Of a DNA stretch of 64,000 nt, positions 31,270-41,061 are shown one piece after another. How positions within the stretch are numbered: position 1 is the first letter of the stretch; each line of letters opens with the position of its first letter. Location: contig CAVTNR010000028.1 of the NCBI GenBank assembly GCA_963736115.1, positions 52,492-116,491 of the forward strand. The letters run 5' to 3'. Position numbers and translations under genes: made by a program. The notes under the pieces were generated by a model that saw only the letters and a list, made by a program, of their open reading frames with translations, was not told the DNA's origin and searched no databases. The DNA comes from an uncultured bacterium. GTDB taxonomy: Bacteria; Zhuqueibacterota; QNDG01; DTFT01.

Positions 31270-32744
31270 GTCTTTGCCGGGAAAAGTTTTACCAGCTCGG
31301 CCGGCGACGGTTTCGGGGTCAGCAGGCTGACCGCCACCAGGCTGAAAACGGACACGGCCAGGGCCGGAAAGATCGAGGGAATGCCCCATGGATCATCGCC
31401 CTGCATGACGCGGGGCCAAACCAGAGGGACACCAATCTCCAGGAACAACGCGGTCAGGGCGCCGGATACGATCGACGCAACTCCCCCCGCCCGCGTCGCC
31501 CGTTTCCAGGCCAGGGCCGCCAGAAGCGCCGGCGTAATTGACACTCCGTACATGGTGTAGGCAAAATAGCTGTACTTCAGGACGGAGATGTTCAGATGAA
31601 GGACAGTCGGGATGAAGATCAGCGCGAACGCCGCCAGCCCGAGGACCACCACCACTATTTTCTGGATCGCGACGTAGCGGGACGCGTCAGGCTTGGTCCT
31701 GCTGAACGGTTCCAGGATATCCCGCAGCACATTGGTGCTGGGCGACAGCAGGTAGTTCATGCCCGTCGAGATCACCACGGCGCAGGCGGCCGCGAGCAGC
31801 AGGAGCCCGACCGGCGCGGGCACCATGTGTTTCGCGGCCTGGAGCACCATGGAGGCCGGATCCCTGGAGGGATCGCCCCAGAACCGGGCGGCCGCGAACA
31901 CCGCGATGACCACGACCACGATCTCAACCACGATCGTGCCGACGATCCAGAGGGCGACCGCCTGACGCGCATCCTTCGGGGTTTTCGCGCTGTAGAATTT
32001 CTGGTACATGGACTGAATGCCCATGAGCAGCATTAAAGTGGCGAGAAAGTAGCCGAACGCCTTGAGTGCCGGATGGGCCCCGAAATCCGGACTGAACACC
32101 TGAAAATGCCCGGCCGGCAGGGCCGCTTTCGCCTGCGCCAGGCCTCCTGCGTTCGCGACGACGAATGGGACGGCCACGATGCAGGCGGTCACGATGAGGA
32201 TGCCGTTCGGCAGATCCGTGTACGCCACGGCCATCATGCCGGCCAGTGCCGTGAACGCGATCACGAAAAAGGCGGCGATGGCCTGCCCCCACTCCACGGA
32301 AATCCGGCCTTCGGTGGCCACGTTGAGGATGTACCCGCCCGCGCGGAACTGGTAGCTGACGATGGTGACGAATGCGATGATGAGCGCGACGGCCCCGAAC
32401 ACCCGGGCGAAACGGCCGTAGCGGATTTCAAGGATGTCGCCGATCGTGTACTGGCCGAAAGTGCGTATCTTGGCCGCGAGAAAATAAATGAGCGCGATGC
32501 CGAGCCAGGCGCCCGCGGGAAGCCAGAGCGAGCTGAATCCGGCCTTGTAGGCGTATTCGGCGCCCGCAATGAAGGTTCCGGATCCGATCCACGTGCAGAT
32601 CAGAGTGAAGACCATGACCCGGATGGAAAGGGACCGGCCCGCGACCATGAAATCGTCCTTCGTTTTCACGCGGCGGGAACGGACGATGTTGAATCCCATC
32701 AGAACGACGAGATAGGCCAGAATCACCCACAGAGTCCACGTCAT
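31266..32744 (-). CDS. Sodium:solute symporter (SSS family)
   Basis: DDFMVAGRSL, TWIGSG, AVAYTD; about 13 TMs. Confidence 0.92.
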   Translation of the reverse strand: MTWTLWVILAYLVVLMGFNIVRSRRVKTKDDFMVAGRSLSIRVMVFTLICTWIGSGTFIAGAEYAYKAGFSSLWLPAGAWLGIALIYFLAAKIRTFGQYTIGDILEIRYGRFARVFGAVALIIAFVTIVSYQFRAGGYILNVATEGRISVEWGQAIAAFFVIAFTALAGMMAVAYTDLPNGILIVTACIVAVPFVVANAGGLAQAKAALPAGHFQVFSPDFGAHPALKAFGYFLATLMLLMGIQSMYQKFYSAKTPKDARQAVALWIVGTIVVEIVVVVIAVFAAARFWGDPSRDPASMVLQAAKHMVPAPVGLLLLAAACAVVISTGMNYLLSPSTNVLRDILEPFSRTKPDASRYVAIQKIVVVVLGLAAFALIFIPTVLHLNISVLKYSYFAYTMYGVSITPALLAALAWKRATRAGGVASIVSGALTALFLEIGVPLVWPRVMQGDDPWGIPSIFPALAVSVFSLVAVSLLTPKPSPAELVKLFPAKT

Positions 32745-32753
32745 GCCGCCTCC

Positions 32754-33941
32754 TTATGCCTCGATCCGGATCAGTTCGTTCTGCTCCTCGCCCGCCACCA
32801 CCACCTCCCCGCCGAGCGTGATGAAAACGTCCACTTCGGTGCGCACCGCCATTTTTCCTTCAAGGTAAATGCCCGGCTCCACGGAGAAGCAGATGCCCGG
32901 GATCAGCCGGCGCTCCTCCTTGGTCTCCAGATTGTCGATGTGCACGCCATTGCCGTGGACATTCTCGCCGATCGAATGCCCGGTACGGTGGATGAATCGG
33001 GAGCCGTATCCCGCGTCCCGGACCACTTGCCGGCAGGCGTCGTCCACTTCCCATCCGTAACAAGGCCTGCCCTCGGCGAAACGTTTGCGGACGAAGGACA
33101 CGGCCGCGTTGCGGGCGTCCCGCGCGATGCCGAAAATCTTCTCGTACTCAGCCGGCGGTTCGGCGCCCACATAGCCGCACCAGGTGATGTCCGCGAAAAT
33201 CGCGCCGGGTTCATCCAACTTCGCCCAGAGGTCGATCAGCAGGGTGTCTCCCTTTTGGATCAGACGCGCGTTCGACGGCGTAGGCTCAAAATGGGGATTC
33301 GCAGGATGATCGTTCACGCCGACGATGGGGAATTCGTCCATGCAGGTCAGTTTTTCCTCGCCGAAACGCCGGACGATGAACTTCTGCAGTTCGAACTCAT
33401 TGATGAGTTTCCCCTCGCGGAGCGCCACCCGCACCTGGTCGAAAGCTTCGTCCTTGATCCGGTGGATGAGGCGGCTGGCTTCGAGATGCGACCGGTAGCC
33501 TTCTTCCGAGATGACGGCTTCGAACAGCTGGACCAGATCCGCGGAGGAAACCACTTCGTGCCCGAAACCGCGGACGAGTTCGACTGTTCCCGCGTCAACC
33601 AGGGAGACGTAGGGGATGTTGTTGAGCGGCGAATATTGCATGGCGATCCGCTTCGGCGCAGGATCGAGCATGCGACGCAGTTCTTCATGAAGCTCGGTCC
33701 AGGCCAGATAGGCTGTTTTGCGGCCGGGAAGACCGTCGAGTTTCGTGGGTTCCACGCGGTGTACGAGCCGGACCGGATCGCCTTTCGCCGGTATGAAATA
33801 GTACCACCGCCTGCTGGTAAATTTTCCGGAATCGAGCCCCAGAACGCTGTAGGCGATCGGATCCCGGTTGTGAAAATCGCAGAGCAGCCAGCCGTCGATT
33901 TTTAAATCGACCAGAACATCCTGAATAGCCTTGAGTTCCAT
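32754..33941 (-). CDS. M24 family (Xaa-Pro) peptidase
   Basis: LLIDLW, ADITW, HRTGHSIG, SVEPGIY, VRTE metal ligands. Confidence 0.9.
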   Translation of the reverse strand: MELKAIQDVLVDLKIDGWLLCDFHNRDPIAYSVLGLDSGKFTSRRWYYFIPAKGDPVRLVHRVEPTKLDGLPGRKTAYLAWTELHEELRRMLDPAPKRIAMQYSPLNNIPYVSLVDAGTVELVRGFGHEVVSSADLVQLFEAVISEEGYRSHLEASRLIHRIKDEAFDQVRVALREGKLINEFELQKFIVRRFGEEKLTCMDEFPIVGVNDHPANPHFEPTPSNARLIQKGDTLLIDLWAKLDEPGAIFADITWCGYVGAEPPAEYEKIFGIARDARNAAVSFVRKRFAEGRPCYGWEVDDACRQVVRDAGYGSRFIHRTGHSIGENVHGNGVHIDNLETKEERRLIPGICFSVEPGIYLEGKMAVRTEVDVFITLGGEVVVAGEEQNELIRIEA

Positions 33942-33944
33942 GTG

Positions 33945-34892
33945 TCAGTGCTCCTGTGGGCTTCCGCCGATTCCAAACCTCGAAACGGATGGCCCCGCAT
34001 CCACCGTGTACGGTGAAAAAGGACCGTGGATGAGAGCGATCAGCCGATTCCGCTCAGCCGGCCTGAGCCTGTTTCCGGACCGGAGCAGGAAATCCTCCGC
34101 AACAAACCGGTAATGACTGCGAAGAGAATCAAGATCGGATCTCACCTGATTTTCACCGGCAATCCCCCTGAATCCGTCCGCATGGAGCAGAAGCCGGTGC
34201 GTGGTCACATCCGCTTCCGAATAATCCCCGCGAAATGCCTGATATTGAAAGATAAAACCGTGTATTCTCAGATCCGGGAGCATCCGGCGGAGCAAATGAG
34301 GGGATAAATCCATTGACAGACACAGAGGACGGGATTTGACGTTGCTGCGCAGGATATACAAAAAGCAGGCCAGGACTTCCTTCGAATAACCACCTGCTGC
34401 GCATCCGGGAGGAGCAGGCTGATCTGAAGCGTTCCCCGCTTCAGGCGTCATGGATAATCCGTGCTCCCTGCGGACAGAATCCGTGAACCAGAGCCGGTCC
34501 AGGAATCCCATGGGCAGGACCGCGACGTCGCGCCTGTATCCGTGAACAGATTGCCAGAACAGCACACTATCCGTGTCCGCCAGGGACCCGGTGAAAAGAA
34601 CGGCTTTCTCAGGGCATGAATCCAGCAGAAGGCGGCCGTATTCGATCAGCCATTCCGGGAATCCGCCCCTGTCCCGGATTTTTCCGCAAACAACCGCTGT
34701 TTCCTTCCGGCTTCCATTCCGGAGCGCGATTTCCAGGTCCGCCGAGAAACGGGCATGAGGAATCCGGTAGTCCTCGGAAACGGGCGGGCGGTCCGATGCG
34801 GCCGTTCCGGACAAAGCCAGACCGGCCCAGATCGCAATTCCGGATAGAAACGCGAAGCGGGATTTAAACCGAATGGAAGATGGAGAGGTCAT
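33945..34892 (-). CDS. Hypothetical exported protein with a DUF2723-like soluble segment
   Basis: Signal-like N-terminus; EYGRLLLDSCPEKAVLFTG...WQSVHGYRRDVAVL. Confidence 0.55.
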   Translation of the reverse strand: MTSPSSIRFKSRFAFLSGIAIWAGLALSGTAASDRPPVSEDYRIPHARFSADLEIALRNGSRKETAVVCGKIRDRGGFPEWLIEYGRLLLDSCPEKAVLFTGSLADTDSVLFWQSVHGYRRDVAVLPMGFLDRLWFTDSVRREHGLSMTPEAGNASDQPAPPGCAAGGYSKEVLACFLYILRSNVKSRPLCLSMDLSPHLLRRMLPDLRIHGFIFQYQAFRGDYSEADVTTHRLLLHADGFRGIAGENQVRSDLDSLRSHYRFVAEDFLLRSGNRLRPAERNRLIALIHGPFSPYTVDAGPSVSRFGIGGSPQEH

Positions 34893-34906
34893 GATTCGGC
34901 ACCGGC

Positions 34907-35443
34907 TCAGGCCAGCTTGTATCCGATTTTCCGGAGCAGTTCCATGCGGTTCCGGACATCCTCGGGTTTTTCCGTTCCGAGCGGGGACTGGCCGTCGATC
35001 ACACCGAGAATACCCCTTCCCCGTTCGTTCTGCGCCACAATGACATCCGTGGGATTGGCCGTGGCGCAGAAGATCCGGCAGACCTCCGGAACCTGGCGCA
35101 GCACTGGAAGCACGCTCACCGGAAAGACATTCTCGAGGAAAACGATGAAGGCATGGCCCGCGCCGATGCGGAGCAGGTTGGTTTCCGCCAGGCGGGTCAT
35201 TTCAGGGCTCGTTCCGCTGATCCTCAGCAGGCGCGGGCCCGAAGCCTCGCAGAAAGCCAGGCCGAAACGGATGCCTGGAACCGCCTGCACCAGCGTCTCG
35301 TGCACATCCTCGACTGTCTTGATGAAATGGGACTGGCCCAGGATGAAATTGACGGATTCCGGCTTCTCGATGGTGACGCATTCCAGATTGAAGCTCCCCG
35401 CGGCAAGCCGCGGGGAATCTTCTATCTGTAGAGAAGAAATCAT
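34907..35443 (-). CDS. Adenosine-specific kinase family (DUF355); N-terminus now supplied by the inserted repeat
   Basis: NFILGQSHFIKTVED, FGLAFCEASG, IFCATANP, GRGILGVIDG, IGYK. Confidence 0.88.
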   Translation of the reverse strand: MISSLQIEDSPRLAAGSFNLECVTIEKPESVNFILGQSHFIKTVEDVHETLVQAVPGIRFGLAFCEASGPRLLRISGTSPEMTRLAETNLLRIGAGHAFIVFLENVFPVSVLPVLRQVPEVCRIFCATANPTDVIVAQNERGRGILGVIDGQSPLGTEKPEDVRNRMELLRKIGYKLA

Positions 35444-35589
35444 TTTATATTCGCTCGCTTTCCCCGCCGCCCGCTGCGCGGGACCAATTTATTATATTTT
35501 TAGAGTATTGAAGGCAAGCGGCGGGCCTTCAATGAGAAATTATCTTGTTGCTTGGTCCCGCGCAGCGGGGGAATGCGTTCGCTGACAGA
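35388..35589 (-). mobile_element. Non-autonomous two-hairpin element, copy 1 (202 bp, two nested 45-bp cassettes)
   Basis: Shares ends (TCTG.CAGCGA.CGCATTCCCC...GGGGAGCTTCAA) and core (CTCTACAGATAGAAGATT) with the copies at 42239 and 54153; inserted after GTGAA. Confidence 0.85.
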
Positions 35590-35590
35590 T

Positions 35591-37075
35591 TCACGCATGC
35601 GCTCCCTTGCCGGATGACGCGGCGCCTCCGGACACGGCCGGCCGTTCCAGCCATCCGGCGGCGCGGAACAGATCTTCTTCGCCGAAACGCTTTCCGGTCA
35701 GCTGAACGCCGACGGGAAGCCCGTTGCGGTCGCGGCCCGCAGGGACGGATATGGCCGGAAGTCCGGCCAGGGGCGCGGTGACCGTGAATATGTCGGACAG
35801 ATACATGGCCATCGGATCGTCCGTTTTTTCTCCGAGACGGAAAGCGGTTGTAGGCGTCGTCGGTCCCAGCACCACGTCGCAATTCCGGAACACGTCGTCG
35901 AAATCACGGACGATCATTGTCCTCGCCTTCAGGGCCTTGCGGTAATAGGCCTCGACATATCCGGCTGAAAGAACGTATGTCCCCAGCAGAATACGCCGCT
36001 TGACTTCGTTCCCGAAACCCGCATGGCGCGTCCGGACCATCATGGTGTCCAGTCCGTCCTCTTCTCCGGCCCGCAGTCCATAATGGGCGCCTTCGTACCG
36101 GGCGAGGTTCGAGGACGCCTCGGCCGTGCAGATCAGATAGTAAGTCGCGATGCCGTAGGCGGCATGCGGGAGAGAAACCGGCACGAGCCGGCCGCCCGCC
36201 TGTTCCAATCGTCCGGCCGCGGTCTCCACCGCGGCCCGGACGTCCGCGTCAACGCCGTCGTCCAGAAACTCCCTCGGCAATCCCACGCGGAGCCCCGTCA
36301 TTTCCCGGCCGATGGTCTCCGAGTAGCTGGGGACGGGCTCTCCGGAGCAGGTCGCGTCCAAAGGATCCGGTCCTGCCATGACTTCGAGTATGCGCGCCGT
36401 GTCCTCCACGGTCCGTGAAAGACTGCCGATCTGATCGAGCGAAGAGGCGAAAGCCACGAGTCCGTGCCTGGAGACGCGTCCGTAAGTCGGACGCAGTCCG
36501 ACCGTTCCCGTGTGCGCCGCGGGCTGGCGCACGGAACCGCCTGTATCCGTGCCCAACGCGGCCATGACGACGCCGGCCGCGACCGCGGCCGCGGATCCGC
36601 CGCTCGATCCTCCGGGCGTCCGCTCCGGATCCGCGGGGTTCCGGACCGGGCCGAATGCGGAATTCTCGTTGGAAGACCCCATGCCGAATTCGTCCATGTT
36701 GGTCCTGCCGACGACCACCGCTCCTTCCGATCTCAGACGCCGGACAGCCGTGGCCGTGTACGGCGAGACGTATCGCTCCAGCATCCGCGAGCCGCAGGTG
36801 GTTGGAAGGCCTTCCATGGCGATCAGGTCCTTGACCCCCAATATCAAGCCCGCCAGACGGCCGGGACAACCCGCGGCCACGGCCCGGTCCGCGGCGGCCG
36901 CGTCTTCCAGCGCCTGATCGCGGCATAGGGATGTGAATGCGTTCAATCCGGCGCCGTGTTCGGCCAGCCGGAGCGCATGCTCGGCCAGCGTCTCTATCCG
37001 GATTGTACCGGACAGAACGTCTTCGCGGACAGCGGAATAATCCCGGGGAAAATCAGGGGTCGGCTGTCGTGACAT
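35591..37075 (-). CDS. gatA: Asp/Glu-tRNA amidotransferase subunit A
   Basis: TNMDEFGMGSS, PGGSSGGSAA, GTDTGGSVRQPA, EVKRRILLGTYVLS. Confidence 0.96.
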   Translation of the reverse strand: MSRQPTPDFPRDYSAVREDVLSGTIRIETLAEHALRLAEHGAGLNAFTSLCRDQALEDAAAADRAVAAGCPGRLAGLILGVKDLIAMEGLPTTCGSRMLERYVSPYTATAVRRLRSEGAVVVGRTNMDEFGMGSSNENSAFGPVRNPADPERTPGGSSGGSAAAVAAGVVMAALGTDTGGSVRQPAAHTGTVGLRPTYGRVSRHGLVAFASSLDQIGSLSRTVEDTARILEVMAGPDPLDATCSGEPVPSYSETIGREMTGLRVGLPREFLDDGVDADVRAAVETAAGRLEQAGGRLVPVSLPHAAYGIATYYLICTAEASSNLARYEGAHYGLRAGEEDGLDTMMVRTRHAGFGNEVKRRILLGTYVLSAGYVEAYYRKALKARTMIVRDFDDVFRNCDVVLGPTTPTTAFRLGEKTDDPMAMYLSDIFTVTAPLAGLPAISVPAGRDRNGLPVGVQLTGKRFGEEDLFRAAGWLERPAVSGGAASSGKGAHA

Positions 37076-37079
37076 GCGT

Positions 37080-37259
37080 TCAGGGCTTGGCAGAATCGTC
37101 GTTTTTCCGGTCGTCCGGATCGGGATTCTTTGTGGCATCCTTGAATTCGCGGATGCCTTTACCCAGACCCCGCGCCAGCTCCGGGATCTTCTTCGATCCG
37201 AACAGGAGCAGCACCACCAGAAGTATGATCAGAAGTTCGGGCACGCCTAAACTGGGCAT
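37080..37259 (-). CDS. tatA: Twin-arginine translocase TatA
   Basis: [23 protein letters not shown]. Confidence 0.92.
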   Translation of the reverse strand: MPSLGVPELLIILLVVLLLFGSKKIPELARGLGKGIREFKDATKNPDPDDRKNDDSAKP

Positions 37260-37312
37260 TGGGTCTCCTCTCAATGGCGGACTCCGACGGACGGACGCTT
37301 GCCGCCGCCGGT

Positions 37313-37519
37313 TCATCCTTTCAGTTTCTTTTTTTCATCAGCGTCGTTTTCGTCGATGATTTTACGCATTTCCTCTCGCGCGTTCGAAGTCATCCGCTGC
37401 AGGTCGCGGTATCCTTTTCCCAGCTTGCGCGCCACCTGGGGCAGTTCGCGGCTGCCGAACAACAGCAGGAAGATCAGCAGAATGAGAAGCAGTTCCCCCA
37501 TGCCCACGGGACCGAACAT
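37313..37519 (-). CDS. TatA/TatB-family subunit
   Basis: [11 protein letters not shown]...[17 protein letters not shown]. Confidence 0.85.
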   Translation of the reverse strand: MFGPVGMGELLLILLIFLLLFGSRELPQVARKLGKGYRDLQRMTSNAREEMRKIIDENDADEKKKLKG

Positions 37520-37537
37520 GCGGTTTTCCTTTCCCGG

Positions 37538-38284
37538 TCAGGATTCCCTGCGGCTGTCCGCGATGAACAGACTGATAAAGGATTCCTCGCCCCGGGCGAT
37601 GGAAGCGGTCCACTGCAGAATGCCGGACGCGATGAAGATGCAGAACATCGGGAACAAGGTCCGCTCCGGAAAGGACAGAGCCAGGCACAGGCCGGCGAGA
37701 ACCAGGATCGACTTGATGCTCTGCCATCGGTCGATCCGGAAGTTCACTTTCGGCCAGTTATAGGGAATGGTACTCATCATCAGGAGGGGAACCGCCACCG
37801 CGATGAAAAACCAGGGAAGCAGCGGGTTGGAACCGAACCAAGCGTTCTGGAAAAGCCAGAAAGTCGTGACCGTCATGGCTGAGATGGGGATGGTGAGCCC
37901 CAGATATTCATGATCCTCGACTTCGGCGTTCATCACGTTGTACCGCGCCAGACGGTAGGCGCCCCCGAACAGGAAGAAGAAGCTCAGGGGGATGCCGATC
38001 ATCGGATGCAGGGGGACGAAAACGGCCTGGTGCAGAAAAACGGCCGGAGCCAGCCCGAACGAAACGATATCACAGAGCGAATCCAGCTGGAGGCCGAAAC
38101 GGCTCTCGGCGCCCGTCCATCGCGCCAGCCGTCCGTCAACCGCATCGATGATCGCGCAGATGACGACCAGCCAGGCGGCAACGTGAAAATTGCCCTCGAT
38201 GGACTGCAGGATGGAAAAGAATCCGCAGAACAGATTCAGAAAAGTGAAGGTGCTCGGAATCATGGCCGTGGTTCTAGGATGCAT
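37538..38284 (-). CDS. pssA: CDP-diacylglycerol--serine O-phosphatidyltransferase
   Basis: DAVDGRLAR...FGLQLDSLCDIVSFG CDP-alcohol motif; adjacent to psd. Confidence 0.92.
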   Translation of the reverse strand: MHPRTTAMIPSTFTFLNLFCGFFSILQSIEGNFHVAAWLVVICAIIDAVDGRLARWTGAESRFGLQLDSLCDIVSFGLAPAVFLHQAVFVPLHPMIGIPLSFFFLFGGAYRLARYNVMNAEVEDHEYLGLTIPISAMTVTTFWLFQNAWFGSNPLLPWFFIAVAVPLLMMSTIPYNWPKVNFRIDRWQSIKSILVLAGLCLALSFPERTLFPMFCIFIASGILQWTASIARGEESFISLFIADSRRES

Positions 38285-38939
38285 TCAGGAATTCTCCTAT
38301 GATGGTTTCTCCCCCCTTCACGCGTTCCCCGGTTTTCACCCGCAAGGTAACACCCGCGGGAAGAAACAGCTCCGTCCGGGAGCCGAATTTAATCATGCCG
38401 AAGCGCGCCCCCCGGTCGACGGCATCCCCCTCCCGGACGCGGCAGACAATGCGGCGGGCGATGATGCCGGCGATCTGGCGTACGAGAAAACGGCCGGCCG
38501 GGCTCTCGATACCGATCTCCATGCGCTCGTTGACCGCCGATGCTTCGGGCTCAAAGGCCTTGCGGAATTCGCCTTTCCGGTATGAACAATAGGTGACGCG
38601 GCCGTCCACGGGAACACGATTGACGTGCACGTCCCAGACTGAGAGAAAAATCGCCACCCGGACCGCCTTCCCGCCCATGAAGGACGCCTCCTCCACCTCG
38701 GAGATGTCCACAATCTGCCCGTCCGCGGGGGAGACGATTCGGTGGCTGCCTTCCGGAACGATCCGTTCCGGGTCGCGGAAAAAATACAACGTGAACACCA
38801 GGAGCAGGCCGAAGACCGCTCCCGCAACAATGAAAACCCTCCAGTGCGTGAACCGGAACAGCGCCCACATGAGGAGCGCACCAGCCGCCCACGCGGCCAG
38901 CGCGGGCAATGATTCCTTGAACAACCGTCCTCCTATCAT
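38274..38939 (-). CDS. psd: Phosphatidylserine decarboxylase proenzyme
   Basis: FFRDPER, SPADG, DVHVNRVP, KFGSR self-cleavage motif. Confidence 0.93.
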   Translation of the reverse strand: MIGGRLFKESLPALAAWAAGALLMWALFRFTHWRVFIVAGAVFGLLLVFTLYFFRDPERIVPEGSHRIVSPADGQIVDISEVEEASFMGGKAVRVAIFLSVWDVHVNRVPVDGRVTYCSYRKGEFRKAFEPEASAVNERMEIGIESPAGRFLVRQIAGIIARRIVCRVREGDAVDRGARFGMIKFGSRTELFLPAGVTLRVKTGERVKGGETIIGEFLNAS

Positions 38940-38995
38940 CAATGAGATTTTCTGAACAACGCCTCTGCGCGGGACGCTTCCCGGTCCGGAGTCTG

Positions 38996-39709
38996 TCACC
39001 GGACCTCGATGCGCCCGGCCAGATCTTCGAACACTTCGTCCGCGTCCCGTTTGCCGATCTGGAAATGGGACATGTCCAGCCGTCCGTCCGCATCCGCGTC
39101 CCAGAGCTGGCAGGTTTCCGGGCTGATTTCGTCGCCGAGCGCCAGGGTTTCGTTCCGCATGCCGAATTCCAGAACCATATCCGCGAGCCGTAAATTCCGG
39201 CGTCCGAAGAAATCCTTGAGCACCACATTGACCTTTCGGGCGAGCCGGTCCATCTCCTGAATCTGTTCCGGCCGGCCCAAGCCGAGGATCTGGATGTGGT
39301 CCGCCTGAACCATTGGATGATGCAGGGCCGGATTTTTCCAGGTCCACTCCAGCAGGGGCGTTTCGAAGGCCCTGCCCTTCTCGAATCCGTAACGTTTGCA
39401 CAGGCTTCCGGACGCCGCGTTCCAGACCCAGACCGTGAGCGGGATCATGTCCAGCCTTCGCACCGCCATTTCACCCGGCCTGGGAACGGAAACGAAATGG
39501 GTCGGGATATGATAATTCTCCAGAAATCGGAACAGATGGCCTGAGATGGTGCAGGCATGTTTGCCCAGGTTTTTCCCTTTGACGGGCTCTTTGCGGTCCC
39601 CGGCCGTGGTCTCGTTCTTGAACACCAGAAGGGCCGCGTCGTCCCGGTTCGTGGCGTACAGGCGCTTGGTCCTGCCTTCCTGCAGCATTTTCCCTTTTCG
39701 AATGTCCAA
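38996..39709 (-). CDS. purC: SAICAR synthase
   Basis: EGRTKRLY, IPTHF, LEFG, LGDEISPETC; adjacent to purB; several motif residues divergent. Confidence 0.85.
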   Translation of the reverse strand: MDIRKGKMLQEGRTKRLYATNRDDAALLVFKNETTAGDRKEPVKGKNLGKHACTISGHLFRFLENYHIPTHFVSVPRPGEMAVRRLDMIPLTVWVWNAASGSLCKRYGFEKGRAFETPLLEWTWKNPALHHPMVQADHIQILGLGRPEQIQEMDRLARKVNVVLKDFFGRRNLRLADMVLEFGMRNETLALGDEISPETCQLWDADADGRLDMSHFQIGKRDADEVFEDLAGRIEVR

Positions 39710-39761
39710 AGCGAACCTCCCTCGTTATAAATCCGCCGACAGGACGAATCGCGCCGTGTCG

Positions 39762-41060
39762 CTAGGGGATCAGGCCGGCCCTCCGGAAAATCCTGTCCAC
39801 ATGGCGAAGCTGGGCGCCGGGGTCGAAACAGGCCCCGATTTCAGCGGGCGTCAGCGTTTTCAGGATCTCCGGGTGACGGCCCGCGGCCGCCCTGAAGGAC
39901 GCGCCGCTGTTCCAGCATTCCATCGAGAGATCCTGAACGATCCGGTACGCTTCCTCCCTCACAAGGCCCTTCGCAACCAGCGCCAGAAGCAGGGTCTGGG
40001 AGAAAACCAGGCCGCCGGTTTTTTCCAGGTTCTCGAGCATGCGGCCGGGATGAACCACCAGCTTTTCGATCAAAGTCGACGTCTTGGAAATCATGTAATG
40101 CATCAGAATATTGGCGTCCGGAAAAACCACGCGCTCGACCGAGGAATGAGAGATGTCCCGCTCATGCCAGAGGGGCTGGTTTTCCATTCCGCAGAGCGCG
40201 TAGGAGCGCATCAGGCGGGCCAGGCCCGCGATTCGCTCGCAGACGATGGGATTCCGTTTGTGGGGCATGGCCGAGGACCCTTTCTGGCCCTTGGAGAAGT
40301 ATTCCTCGGCCTCGAGCACTTCGGTCCTCTGGAGATGCCGGATCTCGACCGCCATCTTTTCGAGCGTGCCTGCGAGCACGGCCAGGACGGCGAGGTACTC
40401 GGCATGGCGGTCCCGCTGGACGACCTGGTTCGACACGGGCGCTGGACGAAGCCCCAGCCGGCCGCAAGCCTCCTCCTCGACTTCCGGATCCAGATGGGCG
40501 AATGTCCCGACGGCGCCGGAAATCTTGCCGACGGATACGCTCTCGACCGCGGCTTCGAGCCGGCCGATCGACCGGCCGATTTCGTCGTACCACAGGGCGA
40601 GTTTGAGGCCGAAGGTGATGGGTTCCGCGTGCACGCCGTGCGTGCGGCCGATGCACACCGTGTCCTTGTGCTCCAGTGCCCTGCGGCCGATCCGTTCGCG
40701 GAGCCCCTCCAAGCCGCCAAGCAGGAGCCGTCCCGCCTCCCCGAGCTGAAGCGAAGTGGCCGTGTCCAGAACGTCCGACGAGGTCATGCCCATATGGATG
40801 AACCGGGATTCGGGTCCGACTTTCTCGGCCACGCTGGTGAGAAAAGCGATGACATCGTGCTGGACCGTTTCCTCGATTTCGGCGATCCGGATCGGGTCGA
40901 ATCCGGCCCTGGTCCGAATGACGTCCATCGCCCCGGCGGGGATCACGCCGCGGCCGGCCTGGACCTCGCACACCGCGAGCTCCACATCCAGCCATTTCCG
41001 GTAGCGGTTCTCCAGGCTCCAGACGGCGCCCATTTCGGGCAGGGTGTAGCGGTCGATCAC
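39762..41060 (-). CDS. purB: Adenylosuccinate lyase
   Basis: GRTHGVHAEP, GSSAMPHKRNP, HERDISHSSVER. Confidence 0.97.
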   Translation of the reverse strand: MIDRYTLPEMGAVWSLENRYRKWLDVELAVCEVQAGRGVIPAGAMDVIRTRAGFDPIRIAEIEETVQHDVIAFLTSVAEKVGPESRFIHMGMTSSDVLDTATSLQLGEAGRLLLGGLEGLRERIGRRALEHKDTVCIGRTHGVHAEPITFGLKLALWYDEIGRSIGRLEAAVESVSVGKISGAVGTFAHLDPEVEEEACGRLGLRPAPVSNQVVQRDRHAEYLAVLAVLAGTLEKMAVEIRHLQRTEVLEAEEYFSKGQKGSSAMPHKRNPIVCERIAGLARLMRSYALCGMENQPLWHERDISHSSVERVVFPDANILMHYMISKTSTLIEKLVVHPGRMLENLEKTGGLVFSQTLLLALVAKGLVREEAYRIVQDLSMECWNSGASFRAAAGRHPEILKTLTPAEIGACFDPGAQLRHVDRIFRRAGLIP

Positions 41061-41061
41061 G

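Noticed and set aside
35470-35569. CRISPR mini-array
   Set aside because: The two units are inverted rather than direct, the cores are only 19-20 nt, and no cas genes are present; reported as a nested cassette instead.
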